NCBI RefSeq assembly: GCF_030028105.1
Contig: NC_092383.1
Location: 87,377,921 to 87,441,920 of the forward strand
Direction: 5' to 3'
DNA length: 64,000 nucleotides
DNA from: Mobula birostris
Lineage: Eukaryota
The notes under the pieces were generated by a model. The model was not told the origin of the DNA, ran no database searches, and saw only the letters and a program-made list of their open reading frames with translations. Position 1 is the stretch's first letter, and each line of letters begins with the position of its first letter. Positions 61,082-64,000 of this stretch are shown in pieces. The translations under genes and the position numbers were made by a program.

Positions 61082-63116
61082 GTAAGTGACATCCAACATA
61101 GGATATTGTCATTATCTGTTTTGGTTTTGGGGTCGTGCATCATTTCCAGAACAGTGTGTGAATATATATAGACACTGAAGATGTCAGAATGTGGATTTCA
61201 GAGAAAACTCCTGGAGGAACTCAGCAGGTCGAGCAACATCAATCAGGGAGAAGGGATTGTCAATGGTTTGTGTCAAGACCCTGCATTGAATCTGAGTGGA
61301 ACGGGAAGATAGTGTAAACAAGAGAGAGGGCATTGTGAAACAGGATTAGTTACCTGGACTGTACCCCAGGGTTCAGAACGAGGTAGCTGAAGAGATTGTG
61401 GAGGCACTTGTAGTAATCAGTCAAATATGCTTCCGGAGGAATAGAAAATAACAAATGTCACTCATTTCTTTAAGAAGAGAGGAAGACAAAAGGCAGGAAA
61501 TTATAGGACAGTTAGCCTGACTTCAGTGGTTGATAAGATGTTAGAATCTGCTATTAAGGATGTGATTTCAGAGTACTTGGAGGCATGTGATAAAATTGGC
61601 CAAAGTCAACATGGTTTCCTTCATGAGAAATGTACCCTCCCCAATCCATTGGAATTATTTGAGCAAATAATAGGCAGGACAGGCAAAGGAGACTTTGTTG
61701 ATCAGTGCATTTGGATCGCTCTGCCAGGTCCCAAAATAGTCCACAGACTGCATGCTATACTAGAGTTTCTCTCTGTTTTTAAACTCTCATCATTCAGAAC
61801 CTAGCCTGCTAAAAATTCTCAAGGGAGCAGGAAATAATGGAAGAGGAGGCTGCCCATTGATACTTTGTGCTTGGTTTTCGGGCTCCAGTAGATTGGAGGG
61901 AGACCTGCAAGGGACTGACTTCACTCCTGAGGGACAATCAGACAGCAGTGTGGTCAGATGGATGGTTGACGGTACTGTGAGGACTAAGGGATTTCACTGA
62001 TCCTCACACCCAAATGTCATCTGAAAAATCAAGGCCAGTGTTGTTTAAATGAAAAATGTAGCCAATACAGCTGGGAGTTCTCTTAATGAAACATTAGTGA
62101 GTGATCATTGTGTGCATTTGAGTAGTTGGAAGGCATCTGATTTGAAAGCAGCATCTCCATTACTGCTAGACTTCAAAGTTCTAAGTATATTTATTATCAA
62201 AGTACATATGTCTTCATATACTGCCTAGAGATTCATTTTCACGTAGGAAATCACAGTAGAACAAAGGAATACAATGGAATCAATGAAAAAATTGCACCCA
62301 AACAAAAGATTGACCAACAACCAATGTGCAAAGAAGACAGAGAGCAAATAAAAAATTAAATATTTTTCATATATTATTTTTATCCTGAAAATGAGTTGTA
62401 AAATCCTTGAAAGTGAGTCTGAGTCCATGGGTTGTGGAATCAGTTCAGAGTTGAGGTGAGTGAAGTTATTCACCTCGGTTCAGAAGACTGATGATTGAAG
62501 GGTATTAAATATTCCTGAACCTGAGTGAGTGGGAACTAAGGTGACCGCACCTTCTATGCAATGGTAGGCGCGAGAAGAGAGCCTGGATGGTGGGGGTCCT
62601 TGATGATAGGTATGGCTTTTTTGTCACAGCTCTCCTTGTAAATGTATTTGTCCAGTGGTGGGTGGCCTTTCCCTGTCGTGGACTGGGTTGTTTCCACCAC
62701 TCATGGAACATAGAAGATAGAACATTATAGCAGAGTGCAGGGGCTTTTACCCTCCTCGAAGATCAGTCTAATCCGTCCCTTCTGTAACTCTCCTATCCTC
62801 CATGTGCTCACCTGAGAGATTACTTAAATGTATCTGCATATCCCATCACTCCTGGCAAGGCTTTCCATGCACCCAGCACTCTGTGAAGATCCTGTCTCTG
62901 ACGCCCCCTCAATACTATCCTCCAATCACCTTGAAATTACTCCCCACACTTTAGCCATTTCTGCCCTGGGATATACTTTTGATAGCCACTTGAGCTATGC
63001 CTCTGATCATTTTGTACATCTCGATCATGTTGTCTCTCACCCTCCTGTGCTCCATTTCTGAATTGTCTTCAGATCCTCAAGAACTACGCTTTTACGTTCG
63101 GTTTTCTTTTGCTTAG

Positions 63117-63300
63117 AAGGAGATGGAGCTGTGTAGATGGACAGAGAGGGTAAGAAGAGTTGTTGGAAAAGTGATCAGAATCAATTGCCCCTCTGCAACA
63201 GTAAATCAGTCACACACAGTGTATTGGTGCTGTGGAATATTGGTCACAAATATTCAGTTTCAGAGGAAACAAATGGGCTACATAGACAGGAAGAAAATAT
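63117..63300 (+). pseudogene. Degenerate, truncated V exon of paralog D
   Basis: GAV*MDRE-VRRVVGKVIRINC....QSHTVYWC-..EETNGLHRQ aligns with V1 GALWAEKYVRGVVGRAITVDC..SHTKYWC..VETNGQHRQ. TAG at 63134-63136, two frameshifts, and the 3' half is missing. Confidence 0.8.
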
Positions 63301-64000
63301 TGAATGTATATTCAGTTTTATTAAATAGATTTGCTTTTTATTTGTCACACGTCCATGAAAACATCGAAACATACAGCAAGATGTAGCTTCTTGAGTCAAA
63401 TGACATTAGTGACGACTGTGCTGGGATTAGGCTGGGTTAAATCGGTGGGTTACTGGGCAGTGTGGCTCATTGGGCCTAAAGAGCCTGTTCTGTGCTGAAT
63501 CTCCAAACAAATAAATACTGAGAACACGAGTTGTGGAGTCCTTGAAAGTGAACCCACAGGTTGTGTGCAGTGATCAGTTCAATGTTGAGTGAGTGAAGTT
63601 ATCCATGCTGATTCAGGTGCCTGATCTTGAAACTACAGTCTGTCAGTTACTGAAACTTGCCACATTAAAGTATGAATCCTCTACATCATATTTAACAAAG
63701 AAAATGACATCATCTTGATCAATGGTGAAAGATGTGCAACTAAAATAAGCTCAAAATTGGATTGTAGATAGCAGTTTTATTCCATGTTGAAGCTTGTGTA
63801 GTAGTGACTTGCCACAGTCTTTCATGTAATGGCAGCCTTTGGTCATATTTCTTCTCTCCATCTTCCACCGTGTGAAGAAATTTATGCAAAACGACATCAT
63901 TATCTGATTACAAAGAATCTTTGAATATTTCTAACTTTGTTACCATGCAGTGTTGATTCTCACATTTGCAAACAGCTCCCTTCATGTAGCAGCTCCGAGG

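Noticed and set aside
1-64000. tRNA, rRNA or CRISPR features
   Set aside because: Only SINE tRNA-derived heads and a retroviral PBS were seen. There are no complete tRNA or rRNA genes and no repeat-spacer arrays.

Overview
This is repeat-rich vertebrate genomic DNA, most likely from a cartilaginous fish (ray or shark). That assignment is inferred from HE1-like SINEs, CR1 and Penelope families, and skate MDIR-like genes. The host-gene content is a cluster of Ig-superfamily receptor genes built from a CD300/pIgR-type V exon plus a C2-type exon. By hand I assembled one frame-consistent + strand model: leader 16144-16183, V1 17539-17859, C2a 18854-19174, optional mini-stalk 20921-20959, V2 25428-25748, C2b 28279-28596, stalk 30985-31063, TM 34178-34268 and tail 35075-35170. 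It encodes a 528 aa (541 aa with the mini-exon) V-C2-V-C2 receptor with an N-x-x-R transmembrane motif and a tyrosine-free tail, i.e. a predicted FcR-gamma-type activating receptor. The window also holds an orphan inverted C2 exon (58289-58609, GC donor) and a pseudogenised paralog (leader 61042-61081, broken V from 63117). Mobile elements include an env-less class I (epsilon/gamma-like) ERV at about 36.8-44.3 kb with a tRNA-Ser PBS, gag TAG readthrough and a candidate 2H-phosphoesterase domain. There is also a full-length L1 with an 18-bp TSD, two hAT elements (8-bp and 6-bp TSDs), Gypsy relics and solo LTRs, and CR1, Rex/Babar, RTE and Tc1 fragments. Many Penelope 3' ends carry decayed minimal hammerhead ribozymes. 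Exon joins are predictions without RNA evidence, repeat boundaries are approximate, and all alignments were done by eye.
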